Assembly (NCBI RefSeq): GCF_009914755.1
Contig: NC_060936.1
Source of the DNA: the human T2T-CHM13v2.0 reference genome, Homo sapiens
Reading direction: 5' to 3' (one strand)
Length of the DNA stretch: 64,000 nt
The notes under the pieces were generated by a model. It made no database searches. It was not told where the DNA came from and saw nothing but the letters and a program-made list of their open reading frames with translations. Both the position numbers and the translations under genes were made by a program. Positions 27,165 to 41,028 of the stretch are shown here, one piece after another; the first letter of the stretch is position 1, and every line of letters starts with the position of its first letter.

Positions 27165-28650
27165 TTAAATCTACATTTATTCATTTATTCAACAAATATC
27201 ACCTATTACATGCCAGGTACTGTTCTAAGTGCTGGGAACAGGAAAAGTCCAGATTCACCTGAAGATTACTTTCTACTGGTAGGGGAGAGGAAGCAGGTAA
27301 TAATATATCAAGCAATTAATGTTGTGGAGGAAAATAAAAGATGGAGAAAAAGCTGAGTGTGATGCCATGAGCCTATAATCCCAGCTATTGGGGAGGCCAA
27401 AGCAGGAGGATCTCCTGAGCCCAGGAGATCCTGGGCTGAATTAACATTCAGCCTAAGCAACATAGCGAGACTCCATCTCTTTAAAAAAAAAAACAAAAAA
27501 AGGTGGTGGGGAGAAGAAGCATCAGTGAATCAGTCACCTGTGTTATATATGAAGGTCAAGAAAGGCCTTTCTGATGAGATAACATTTGAGAAAGGCCTGG
27601 AAGCAACTAGGGAGCAAACCATGCTGGTGTCAGGGAGAGTATTGTAGGCAAAGAAAGCAAAAATTGCAAAAGCATTAAGCAGGGAGCATAGCTGGAATAG
27701 TTGAGAAATAGCAAGGAAGCCAGTGTAGCTGGAGCCAAGTGGGATCATTGGAGAGTAGTAGGAGACAAGGCCAGGGAGGCCCAGATCACATAAGGCCATG
27801 GAAAAAATTTTGTCATTTTTCATTCTGAGCAAGGTGGGAGGCTACTGCATGTGTGTGTGTGGAAGAGAGATTTCAAGCAGATAACTAACAGGACTGACTG
27901 TATTAAAAGACTCATTCTGGCATTTCTATAAAGGAGTAGGGGCAGAAGCAGGGAATGTTAAGAGTGTGTTGCAGTGATCAGTGAGATGTGAGAGTAACTT
28001 GGGTTTATTTTGAAAATAGGGTAACAGTGTTTGCTTATGGATTAGATACAGACTGTGAGAGAAAGAAAGGAGTTATCTTCAAGGTTTGAGACTGAAAACA
28101 CAGTCTCAAACTGTGTTTCAAGGTTTGAGACTGATATCTTCAAGGTTTGAGACTGAAAACACAGAAGACAGGACTTGCCATTTACTAAGATAGGCAAGAC
28201 TATTTGCGGAGGACATTTATGAGAGAATTTCAGGACCTTTGTTTTGGTCATATTACATATGAGATTTGTATTCCATTGAAACTGTGCAGTAGGTGGTTTA
28301 ATATGAGAATTGAGTTCAAGGGACTATCATTGGAATAGAAAATGTATTTGAATCCATAAGACTAAAAATTATAGCATTTAGGAAGTGGCTTTAGTTTTTT
28401 CAGTATTTCAAGAAAGAGAAAGTTTAAAATTGTTTCAAATGCTTTTGACAGATCAAGTAAGACGAAGACTAAGAATTGATCATTGGACTTTTCAATGCAG
28501 CTGTCATTGATGACCTTGGAAAGACTTGTTTTGGCGAAGTGGTAGAGATGAAAACCTTATTTTAGTGTGTTCAAAAGAGAATGTGATGAGTAGAAGTAGT
28601 AGGAGTGAGTTTAGACAACTTGTTTGAGAAGTTTTCTATAAAAGTGAAGT
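27165..28650 (-). mobile_element. L2 remnant interrupted by an Alu monomer (+, about 27352-27500)
   Basis: ttcatttattcaacaaatat...tgccaggtactgttctaagtgctggg L2 3' end. Confidence 0.7.
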
Positions 28651-29271
28651 ATAAGACTATTGGGATAAAATTTAAAGAAAAACTAAGGATTAGCCACTAT
28701 AGAGTTTCATATCATTATGAGAGTTTTCTTTTTCCTTCTTTTTACCCTGAGTTTCATCTGTGAATTGATTCCCTTTTATTATATGCTCAGTGGAACTCCA
28801 GAACAGACTGTTATCATCTACTTAGCACTTCAAAGACTGTTATAATATAAAGGCCCCTCCTTTCCATCATATATCCTGGAGGCAAAGATTAGGAATGGAA
28901 CGTATCATAGGGTGATATGTCATCCTCCTAGGATGTTCATAAAGCCTTGGACTTTACCCCCTTAGGTCTTTCTCCTAGGTCCTTAGGCACTCATATAGTC
29001 AAAGTTTTGATAGTCCAACAGGAATAGAAACAGGTTATATGAGGTTTTTCTTGCACACTCTTTTTTCAGTCAGTAAGCACGTGTTGAATTCCAACTCGGG
29101 AATTCCTAGAAAAGAGATCATCCCCCTCTCAACTCCATGGGAGGGAACCCATGCCTCTCTCATTGCAGGTACCTAGACTTCTAGACATGGGCTCATTGAA
29201 ACTTAGACCATACTTTTTCCTAATCTCCATCTTCTTTAAGCCCCTGCCCAGCCCCAAAGTTTGAGCTTTAC

Positions 29272-29406
29272 CTTGAGGTCCAGAACGCTGCTGTTGAGTT
29301 CTTTGTTCTCTGATAAAAAGCCACAGGATGACCCCAAGAAGGATGAGGAAGATAGTAACCAACAAAGTTGGGACGATAATCACTTCATACTGCTTCTCCT
29401 GGATGA
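29272..29406 (-). CDS. STYK1: STYK1 coding exon with transmembrane helix (VIIVPTLLVTIFLILLGVILWLFI)
   Basis: cag|TCATCC acceptor, AAG|gtaaag donor, 135 nt, long hydrophobic stretch. Confidence 0.95.
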
Positions 29407-29851
29407 CTGGGTAGGCGATCACACAGGAAGAGAAGAGAATGAAGAAGAAGCCTAACCTGGTGTTCATGCAATTTCCCCTACCTGCCAGCTCTCAGCTCAT
29501 CATACATGAAAAGGTCATCTCTTCTACCATCTCCTCTACTTCCATTCAACAGAAACACTGCTGGGAGCAACTCTCTAACCAGAAACCCCAGTGACTCTGT
29601 TTCTTAGCCCATCAAATGTGCATGACGTTGCTTCTGGCAGTTTCTTACCAAGATTGAAGATGCAGCATCTGGATCACTGATTAGCACTTACCCTCTCCCC
29701 AAAAAGACAATGGCCTCTAGTCCCCATCCTTTTATCACCACTGTCTTCATTTCTACTGGAAATCAAATCATCCTCCTTCTAGAATCTACCGAGACCTTAG
29801 CCTTCATAATTCTAAAATCAGAGGATAGACATCTGTGGAATCCGTACTTAC

Positions 29852-29903
29852 CACACAACTTGTCACTGAGACTGCATTCCAGGAGCATCCGTGTCATGCC
29901 CAT
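29852..29903 (-). CDS. STYK1: STYK1 first coding exon, coding part (MGMTRMLLECSLSDKLC); the exon extends to an acceptor at 29971
   Basis: GCAATGG start at 29903, GTG|gtaagt donor, tag|GAATTA acceptor 68 nt upstream of the ATG. Confidence 0.93.
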
Positions 29904-30412
29904 TGCCACAGGGCTGTCCCCTTCCCTGCTAGGCCCACAGAGAATGCACACAGCACAGCTGTGAGTAATTCCTAAGGATTGAGTGGTTTTTGAAAAAAAT
30001 AAAATGAATGAAAAAAAATAAATGAAGTACACACAGAATTTTAAACCGCCTCTACAGATCACTAGTTAAGTAAATGGCTACCTCTCTGAGTCATCCGTTT
30101 ATCTCTATCTACCTAGCTGATATTCAGGTTGGAAGAACCCTCCCAACCTTCTCTTCCTCTCAGCGTTTCTCTTTTCTCTATTATACAGCAAAGAGCTCTG
30201 ATCTGCTCTTGTCCTTTCATTCAACTGTTACTGAAATTATTTTAAAGTCTCCCCTCCCACCCGAGACTTCTGCTCCCATGATCAAGTACAGATTCAAAAC
30301 ATCCATCTGAACTGTGATCCATGGGTTATGTGGGCATGATCTACCTCCCCTACAGTATTAAGCATGTCTAATATATTTTTTTTAGCTGTGCATCATATTT
30401 TTTAAGCAAAAC

Positions 30413-30570
30413 ATTTTTTGAAGTTGGGATCTTGCTCTGTAGCCAGGCTTGAGTGCAGTGGTGTGATCATGCATGGCTCATTTAAATCTCAAACTCTTGG
30501 GCTCAATTAATCCTCCTGCCTCAATCCCCTGAGTCTCTGGAATTACAGGCATGAGCTACCATTTCTAGCT
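30413..30570 (-). mobile_element. FLAM/Alu monomer
   Basis: Diverged single-arm Alu. Confidence 0.75.
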
Positions 30571-32355
30571 CTAAAGAAAACATTTAATTTCATTTTTACA
30601 CACAGTTAATTCAGATAACAAATAAAAAATTGACAGATGTCGAAGGATATGAGTTACACATTTGCTTTGTTTCTCTGAAATATCCACACCCTCACAAGCA
30701 GTGAACAGACAGCATTTATCAATAAAAACTATTTAATTCCTCATCCCTCAGAGCTTCAAGGTGCTTCCTCTGCTCATATCAGATATAGACACGGACACTC
30801 ATTGCTACAAGGATATAAAGGAAGTATCAGTACCAAGCCACCTTCTCTTTCTCTTTTAAATAAAAAGAAAATACATTCATATGATTCAAAAAATAGTAGT
30901 GTAAAATTGTATAGCATAAAAATATTTCTCCCCCCCATTCTTCTCCATTTATCCAGTTCTTAACTCTCCTCCAGTCTCCTCCAAGTAGACTCTAGTTATT
31001 AGTTTCTTGTTTGTCTGGCAAGGGATTCTTTATGTGTATCACTGTTAAGTCTATATAATATAATCAGTACATATTTCAAATAACAGCCCTAGAAACTTGG
31101 TTCTTTCTTTCCAAAGAGAACTCATGTTTACCACTGTCCCATACCTCTCCTAAATTTATATTTTGCCTTTGCTTGACAAGACACTCCCATGGTTCTATAG
31201 TCAACAAAGCCTACTTCTTTAATTCTGATTAACTTGAAAGAAAATATGATTTTCTGCTAAATAAGTCTAAATATGTGATCCAGTTTTGTAGTGACTTGAT
31301 AAAAACATAAAACAAAAATCAGAAGTATAGCTTATATAATATGCTACTATGTTGTACAGGTGTTACATTAGCCATATTATGCTGTCCTCTATCATTACAT
31401 TATGCATTGTTTTTAATACTGATACTAATAACCACAGTGTTACTTACTGAGGCAGAATCTCTCAGTGCCTGAAAGACCTATGTAAAGAAGCCTCCCAGAT
31501 TCTGCCTTACTTGTGTTCCACTCTTCCTGGAGCACCATGAACTTGTATATGGGTTTAATAGTTAAACAATTCCCTTACGACTCAAGAGAAACAAAACTGT
31601 GCAGTTGGTTGACAGAAGCTCAGGTAAACAGCCAAGTAGCCAGCGGGCGGAAAATTGGCACAGAAGAGGGAACTTCTTATCCTTATTCTTATTCTTAGAA
31701 TGGGATCTAAGAAGTTGATGAATAGTTAGATAGCAAAGTCCACTGTATCCAGTGTGTAAACCAAAATGGCAAGGAGAAATGTGGCTGAGAAAGCTTCCAC
31801 AATTCATGAGGCCACATGGAAGGACTAGCACTAGTGATGAAACTTTCAAAAAACAGACCTTAAGAGAGTGGCACAAAGGAGAAGTTCTGAAAAATAAAAC
31901 GTTGGATCAGCACGGTGAATTCAGGAAGGCTATTAGAAAAGTGATCACTGCTATTATCATTCTTATTTTCCTTTCCTTTGCTTCCTTTTTAGTGGATTAT
32001 CAGAAGTAATTGTTTTCATTCAGGGAGCAGCCAGTTTAACCAGTTTGGCTTTCTGAGGAGGAGGTTCTCAGCACACTCTCTCTTACCACAGCACAGGTGG
32101 AAAAAAGGGTCAGTCAGCAGCTAGCTCAGACTCATGAGCTCGGCCCAGAAAACAAACTACACACCCACTAATACATACTGAAGGGAGTCGTTTAAAGCCA
32201 TGTGTACGTGTACCCCCACATGGGCACAGTGAACTGCTCACGGAGGGCCATCCATACTCAACTATAGGCACCTGGCCAAACACACAAATCCCTGATAACT
32301 CAAACTCATGCTTATATCCTTACACTAACTATCACACCTATTACAGAGCACTCAC

Positions 32356-32481
32356 CTTTGGATGCAATATGGCCTGCTACTGCATTTCCTGAGCCAGGTT
32401 CTCACCATCACTTTTATTTGTACATAAGTAGTTTAAAGAGGCAAGGCTTATTGATATCTTGCAGCCCAGTGAAATTGGATG
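32356..32481 (-). other. STYK1: STYK1 non-coding 5'UTR exon (126 nt)
   Basis: Pyrimidine-rich ...tctag|CATCC acceptor and consensus AAG|gtgagt donor. Confidence 0.8.
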
Positions 32482-32506
32482 CTAGAGCAAGGAGATAAAT
32501 GTATAG

Positions 32507-32973
<467 letters not shown>

Positions 32974-34682
32974 TGAAAGCTAATGTGGGAAACCTCACCA
33001 CACAGAGGCCACCAAAGCTCATACATCAGAGGATGCTTATATTTACTTGTAACAGCAATATTCCTCTCTAGATCACTTTTTAGCTTGAAATTCATACTCA
33101 GAAACCACATGGCTTTGCCTGTCCACTCTGTCAAGCTGAGAAAAGGCATGCCTTAATGCCAAAAACCTCTAGGATGACTCTTCGATGGGTTCAACTCTGG
33201 CCCACCTGACTACTAGAAGGACACTTCTGGCCAAGATTCCTGTTCAATCTGACCAATACTCCACTCCCTTTCATTATCTCTAAATACTTTTCCCACTATG
33301 TCAAAAAATATATGTAGGCTACTGCTTCTTCTCTTAGCTGAACTGTAAAGCATTATCCACAGTTCTCTATTTAATGTTATGAATAATGAAATCCATGGCA
33401 TTGGAATCAAGGGTCTAGTGAAATTGTAATATATTTCATTCTGATAAATATGTTTGATAGTTGTAAAATATGTTTGTATATACTTTGCCTCTAGTTTACA
33501 TAATCCTATATCTACAGAGCCAAATCTCTTCAGGCAGGGTTCTAGTTAGAACCATAATATTGCCTCACTTGTAGTTATCATTCCTTAATTTCTCTTATCA
33601 GTTGCTTCAGACTTTCTCTTAGCATGTTAAAGGTTTAACTCCCCTCTTTCATTGAGAATCCTGAGAAGAAACAGTGCAATGAAGGAGATACAAAAGGGAG
33701 GAGAATGAAAGTGAAATGAGGAGTAAAGTCCATGCTAAATCTTTACAAGACTATAGTCTGAAGACCATAAAAGCTCATGAATATAACTATAACGAAATTG
33801 AACTAAATAGTAATATTAATTCTAAACTTTTACACATACAATACAAGCATAGTGTCACACTGCATTTAGGCATCTATTTTAATTCACACTATATTCTATT
33901 TGCAACCATAACACAACTCTTAATAAGTGGCATTTCTTTTCAGTTAGCACAATACAGTCTCCCGGACACAATCTGCAATTTACCCATGACTTTCCAGAGT
34001 AAACTTTTCTTACCAAAATATACCTAGATATAAGACTTCTAAAATCAGATTTCCTGCACTCTGCCTGCTTATGTGTGATGAAAAATTCCATGATTGAACT
34101 CAGTATAACATCTGGCCCTGTTCCAGTAAGGTACAGTTAAATCTGTTGTGCCAGCCTCACCTTCAACCTTACTGCTTGCTTATCAACACATGTGGATCTT
34201 CCAGCCATGTTCTTTTTAGATAGACAAGTGATCCACCCTCCCAGGTGGCTGCCACATGGATCAAGGAAGTTATTAATGGCTTTGGGCTATGGGGCAGAGG
34301 ACTCAAAGACTAAAAGTGAGGAGGGTAAAATATATGGAGGTAGCAGCCCCTAGCCTGAAACAGTCTGCCTTCTTGTATAGTTAGCGTTTCATTCTTACCC
34401 TTGAGCTATCTGGAAAAAAAACAAAAACAAAAAACAAAACCAAAACAAACAAAAAACATGTTTAATGGGCTGAATATATTAATTTGGAAGTGAGATAGAG
34501 AACAATGCTCAGATCTAGAGAATCTGAGAATTACTTGTTACCAACATCCTATGAAACAAGCTTCCGGTTTTCAGATCTAATAAACCTGTGTTTAGCAACT
34601 ACAGTGTGCCAGGTATTGTGCTAGGCACTTTCATACAAAGAAGGCAAGGCAGAAACTGAGGGATTAAGTTATGAATTAGTGA

Positions 34683-35002
<320 letters not shown>

Positions 35003-38000
35003 TAGCCACTTTTTTAAAAAAAATGGCAGAGCAAGGTTGCACACCCAGGTCTTTTACTTACAAACCCAATGTTCTTTATACTACTTTGTTGTGCATATAT
35101 ACTTGTCTTTCAAATGAGAAAGACCAACAAGGTCAAGAAGGAATTACATTGGAATCCAAAAGAATCATGGAAACCACAAGGCTGAAACCAAATTTTACTA
35201 ACATACACTCAATTTGGAAAGAATGGATGAATTGAATCTGCCTGTAAGGGTGTCCATATAGGAACCTCATAGGGACATAGATGACATCTGCATGTCTGTC
35301 TTTAAAGTATATTCTGAAAATAGAAGTAGAATCAGAATTTTTTTCCTAGTATTCACCAGATTATGTCATCTTGGGTTGTTTCCTTTGTTCATTTTCCTGG
35401 GTCTGATCCCCAATCCTATTTCTATCTTCTGCTTTTTGAGTAAAAAGTCCCGGTTCTTAGGACTAGCCATCTTTCACTGTGAGCATGAGGGTCAGAAAGA
35501 GGCCAGAAATTGCAGGGGACAGGGCACTGGCTTAGGAATTAGGGTCTTCATGCTGTCTCTCTCAGTGCCCCAGGCTCTACCGTTCTAGGGAAACAAACCA
35601 GTGAGAGGACACAGAGTGCATGGAAGGGCACACTGGAGAGGTGATTCTTTTTAAATCCAGAGAAGCGTATTTGTGTAGATAACTTGCCTTATGCCCTGTG
35701 ATATCTCCTAGTGTGGGTGAGGCAGGGAGGAGGTTATCTAAGAGAGGTTATCTCGTCCTCTCACTCTTCTCAGATATTGAGAAATTGTGCTTATTTCTGA
35801 TCTTTGCCCTCCCCCATTTCCTAGAGACCCAGGGATCGAAATGAACACTAGAGAAAGTGTTTCAAATGGGTTCTCAAAGGGGAACCCCTTTCCACCATGG
35901 TGCCTAGGAGTCCTGCGCCTGTTTCAACAGATCTTTTGACTCACTGGTACTCACCAAATTATGAAATCTGAGGGCTATCAGTTTTTCTTGCTTCTATTTT
36001 TACCTGTCTCCAGAGATTCCTGAAACATATGTGATATACAGTTGAGATGAGGAAGCTTAGTCTATATCCTGGTACCTCACAAAAGTTTACTTTGTAGAGG
36101 AGCAAAGTGATTGCAAGACAGGCCCCATAACATCTAGGTAAGAAATGCAGTGCTCACAGATGCTTACAAACAGCATCAGATTTTAAATATGGTTTCGCAG
36201 ATAAACACATTTTATTTCCTTTGAGGTATTATACAAATTCAAAACAGTTTATTTTTATTATAATTATCTTGCTATTTTGTATGTACCCAATTCCATAATC
36301 CTTCATCTACCAGTTTCAAAGAAAAGCCCAGAAATAGCATATCTTAAATTAAATATTCTCCTGCTGATTACGTTCTCTTCCTGAGATTCCTAATCAATAA
36401 CAATTTTCCCAGCTCCTCAGTTTCCCCAGCTCAGAATAAGGGCTATCAGTGAGAGGGAAAAGCTGAGAACTCACAACGCCACCCCCACTCAGCACAGGAT
36501 TATCTCTAATCCATCCGTGTCTCCTTTTCCTACCTGATTAATGCACCAGAAGATGGGTTGGGGCTGCTTTCAAATACCTTGTTCCTACTGTTGTCAGTGA
36601 CCTTGCATTTCCAAGGATCAGTCCTCTTCTTTGGTATTCAGCCTGCTGGGTTTTTCCTTCTAAGAAAGATTTTGGGTTCTCTAAAACTCTCTTGGAAGTC
36701 TCCCCCCATAAGTGAGGAGATCTGTTTTGTTTTCTGGCCACTCTTCCAGCCTGTCTAACACACTGCCCTCTGGCAGAGAGGAGGGCCCAAGCTGAGGAGG
36801 ACTGAAGGAAGACAGGCTACAACAGGCTGTAGGGGCACATATATACATACACACACTTTCTCATTCTCTGATAAATGAGTCCCAGGCCCAGGCAGAGAGA
36901 TGTGGACATGAGGTTTCACCATCAGAAAGCTAACTCAGCTCCTGTTTACCTCAGTGCTGTGCCATACAGTGTGTCACTATAAAATTTCTATATGTAGAAT
37001 GTAATTCCAGGTAAACAATAACAAACTCCTGGCGAGAGGAAAAAGACACTTCTGGGAACACATAACCTCCTGCCTCATTCTGTACAGCCAGGATCCAAGG
37101 GCAGTTTCCCCTCCCTAGGGAGTGGGTCAGCATGGTTCAGAGCTGAGCAGTCCAGGAATTAAGGGAAGTGGAGTCAGCCCTGACTTAGTGCTGTAATAAC
37201 AGAGTGAGAGATTGGAAGTTCTAGTTCTGGTTTGGTGGGTGATTCATTCAGCATCCGGAAGCATGTCACCTGACCTTGCCATTCCTTGCCTTCCTAGTTT
37301 AGTGAGCAGGAAACGTGCATGTCTCCTAAGGGTAATAAAGAACTGCAGAGAGCAGTAGGAAGTTTATCAACTGGAAAACGGGCATGCCAATCAATAAGTA
37401 CCCTCAGCCAGTTATGCTACCTCTCCTTGTCCCTGCAAGAGCTCCCAAATTTTGGAGGCTTCCTTTCATCCACATCTTCCTACCCATATCATGGCAGCCC
37501 TGGAATCTGATGGATATCTATTCCTACACTTACCCTGCATAGAATTTCCTGTGCTATAATGGTAAGACTTTGGAGTTTGGCTTCCATTTGAATCTCATTC
37601 CTATCATTCATGATGACTTTGTATAACGTATTTTAACTTTGTGAAGGTGTTTTCCCATATGTAAAGTGCTGCTGATGATAACTACCTACCAGGGTTGTTG
37701 AGAGCTATGCAGCATAATTTCTGTAAAATGCCTAGAACATTACCAGAGCCATTGCGATCATCAATATGTGTTAGTCTCCCTCTTCCTCCCTTCCTTCTTC
37801 ATCTGCCTTTCCAGTTGGGAAATAGTCACATAGCTGTATCAATCAGGTAAACATGTATAACCAAAAATAACAAAATGAAACAAAAAATCTTTTATCTAAA
37901 TATTTATAATATTTGTGCATGTAAGTATACTCTATGCACAGAGAGGGAGTTAAAGTAATCAAAAAGTTAATGCAGGATTTAAAACTTTTTATACTTCAAC

Positions 38001-38809
38001 TAGGTGTCATTTGATAGCAGAAATAGTACAGCTGCCAGTAGATATCTGAATTTAACAATCATGTTGAGAAAGAGAGATTTAAACCAGATAAATCAAATAG
38101 CATAATGCTGTAAAGTAAGGTACAGAAATGGAAAGAATGCTAGATAGTGGTATGGTATTCATCAGGGAAAATATATCAGCACCTGCCTGATTTCTTCTGT
38201 CTCTAAATTTTTCAGCTCCTTGTACTGGTTCCGCTGATATCACTTATATGCTGGCTAATTTCCACCCAGATCCTGAACCAATTCTGACGGGGGCATTACG
38301 GAGATCAGCAGTCTCAGTCCTCTTCATCCTATTTATCTTACATACTCTCCAATTTGGGGAAGATGTAGCCTTTATCCACTTCCCCAAATCTGCCCACTTA
38401 CTCATGCCTATTAACAAAACCCTCTCAAATCTGGAGCCCTCACCTGAATGCCACACAAGTCGATGGGGCCGTGTTGTCCTCTCTTTGCCTAAATCAATCC
38501 TAAGTGAGATTGAAATTTTACTTTATACTCTGATTACTGAGCTCTTGCTACTAATATAAAAGCCTCCCAGATAAATGCAACCACAATGGTTGAATGCCTC
38601 TTTACTGACCATCATCCTGCTCCACTCTACTTCATTCCTATTTCATTCACACCCCTGAACCCATTACCTTTATGTTCTGCTGGCCACACTGAAAACCTGA
38701 GTTGCTAATTCTTGCCTGAATTTTGCTCTGTAACTGAACTGTCCATTCAAGACAGCTCTACTTCTTCCACTTCTACAATCTAGTTAGTTTATCTCACATC
38801 ATTCCTTGG

Positions 38810-40620
38810 GGGGCCAGCCTTATTCCAAGTCATTCACTCAGATGTTAAATAATTAATCATAAAAATTATTAAATATGTTTTGCTATGAAGGAGAAGTTTA
38901 GGGTGCTATAAAAACGGGGCAATAGGAAGGAAGTCAAAAAAAGTTTCTTTAAGTAAACAGTATTTAAGCAAATGATAAGTAGGAGCTGACTAGATAAAGG
39001 TGGGCACAGCCACAAGGCAAGAGAGGAGGAATATCCAGGCCTTGGATGGGAACAGAGCTTGATACATTCTCATAACTGGAAGGTCAGTGGGCCTGGACAG
39101 TAACAAGAGAGGAGAAAACACGAAGAGATGGCACTGTGCAGGTAGGCGAGAGGCAGATCATAATGAGCCTTTAGGCCATGCTAAACATTGCTTGTTTTAT
39201 TCTAAGTATCACTGAAGTGCTTTAAATAGAGTGACATGGTCCATTTTGTATTTTAGAAAAAAAAAAATTATTTGGAATACTACTTAGCAATAAGAAGGAA
39301 CAAATTATTCCTACATGCAACACTTAGATGGAACTTAAGGACTTTATGCTGAGTGGAAAAAGCCAGTCTCAAAAGGTTACATGCTGTATGGTTCCATCTG
39401 TATAATATTTCCAAAATGGCAAAATTAGAGAGACAGAAAATAGATCAGTGTTTACCAGTAGGAACAGGGAGAAGGTGTGACTTTGAAGGGGTAGCATGAG
39501 GGAGTTTCTTTATGGTGACAGACAATTCTGTATCTTGACTGTGGTGAAAATTACATGAGTCTATACATGTGATAAAATATCAAAGAACTATGCACAGAGA
39601 GGAAAAAGATAATGTGTGAATGCAAAAACTGAAATCCCAGGAAACTCTACATTCTAGTTCATTATACTGTGCCATTGTCAGTTTCATAATTTGGATAATT
39701 TACTACAGTTATTTAGATGTTCCCATTGGGAAAATTGGTAATTGTTACATTGGATTCTATACTATTTTTGCAACTACTTGTGAACCTTTAATCATTTCAA
39801 ATTGAAAAGTAAAAATGAGTATTAGTTTTGCAGCAATTGAGTAATAAATTGCAGGTGATAATAAATACATACGAGAATATCAATTGTGAAACTAATAATT
39901 TCATAATCATTTTTTGGATTACAGTAGTGACAGTAAAAAAAAGAAAAATAATGGATTGGAAACCTTGAGGAGATTGAACCAACAGGACACAGTGGTTGTA
40001 GAAGGTAAGAAGGAGAAGGAGAAATCAAAGAAGAGGAGATGATGAGTTGTTCTGGACATTTTGATTTAAGATGCCAGTGTGACTTTTAAGTAGAATATTA
40101 GAAAAAAGCATTTGGTTGTACAGTTCTTAGGATTCATAAGGGAAGTCTGGACCAGAGATAAATATTTGGGAGTCATTAGATAATATTGAAAGCTTGAAAG
40201 TGAATAAGAGAGAAAGAGGAAAAAATGAACAAAAAGGAAAAAGAGAAGAGAGGAAAAGAGGGCCTAGGAAAGAATCCATGGAGTTCCAACGGATAAGGGC
40301 TACATGAAGGAAGAGGAATTGGGGTCCAGGGGGAAACTCAAAGAGGGCCTAAGAAGGAAAAACTAGAGAAGTAAAAGGGGAACCAAGAGTTTGTGCTGTT
40401 GTGGAAGCAAAGGAGAGGGGCATGGACAACAGCTGGGCTAAAATCTGATGACAGGTCAGGAAAACAATAAGTAGCAGATACAGGCAACATGGAGGTCACC
40501 CATCATAGAAAGAATAGCTATAGTGCAGTGGCCAGAGAGCAGGGTGGTTCTGGGAATGAATAGGTGGTGAGGATGTGGAGAAAATGTGTTTAGGGGGCTC
40601 TTCTATGATCTTTGCGACCT
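38810..40620. mobile_element. L2 remnant (-) interrupted by an L1M 3' end (+, about 39270-39810)
   Basis: Purine-rich L2 text; ggaatactacttagcaataagaagg...agccagtctcaaaaggttac L1MC/MD-like 3'UTR. Confidence 0.6.
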
Positions 40621-41028
40621 ATATGAATGAGAGGACTGAAAAGAGGAGTTCAGAGAGAGATTTCACAGTTGATTTCTTTGGAAACTTAGGGCTCCAGCAA
40701 GATAAGAAAGGGAACTGGTAATACCCCAACATGCAGTAATCTCTCATTCTAAAAAAAACAAAGCAAAGTTTGGTATGGAGAGGCCTGTATCAGGCATAAA
40801 TGTTTTACAAAGCCTAAACACACACACCCACACACACTGAAAAACAGAGAGATAGATTAATAGAACACATAAGTATCCCAGAAAAAGAGACACATATTTA
40901 GGACTTTAATATAAAGAAGTCAGCAAGAATCAAAATAAGCAGATGAGTGGTTCTCAAACCAGAGAGCACATTAGAATCTCCTAGGAGGCATTTTTAAAAA
41001 ATATCAATCCTGGTGTTCATTTCCCACT

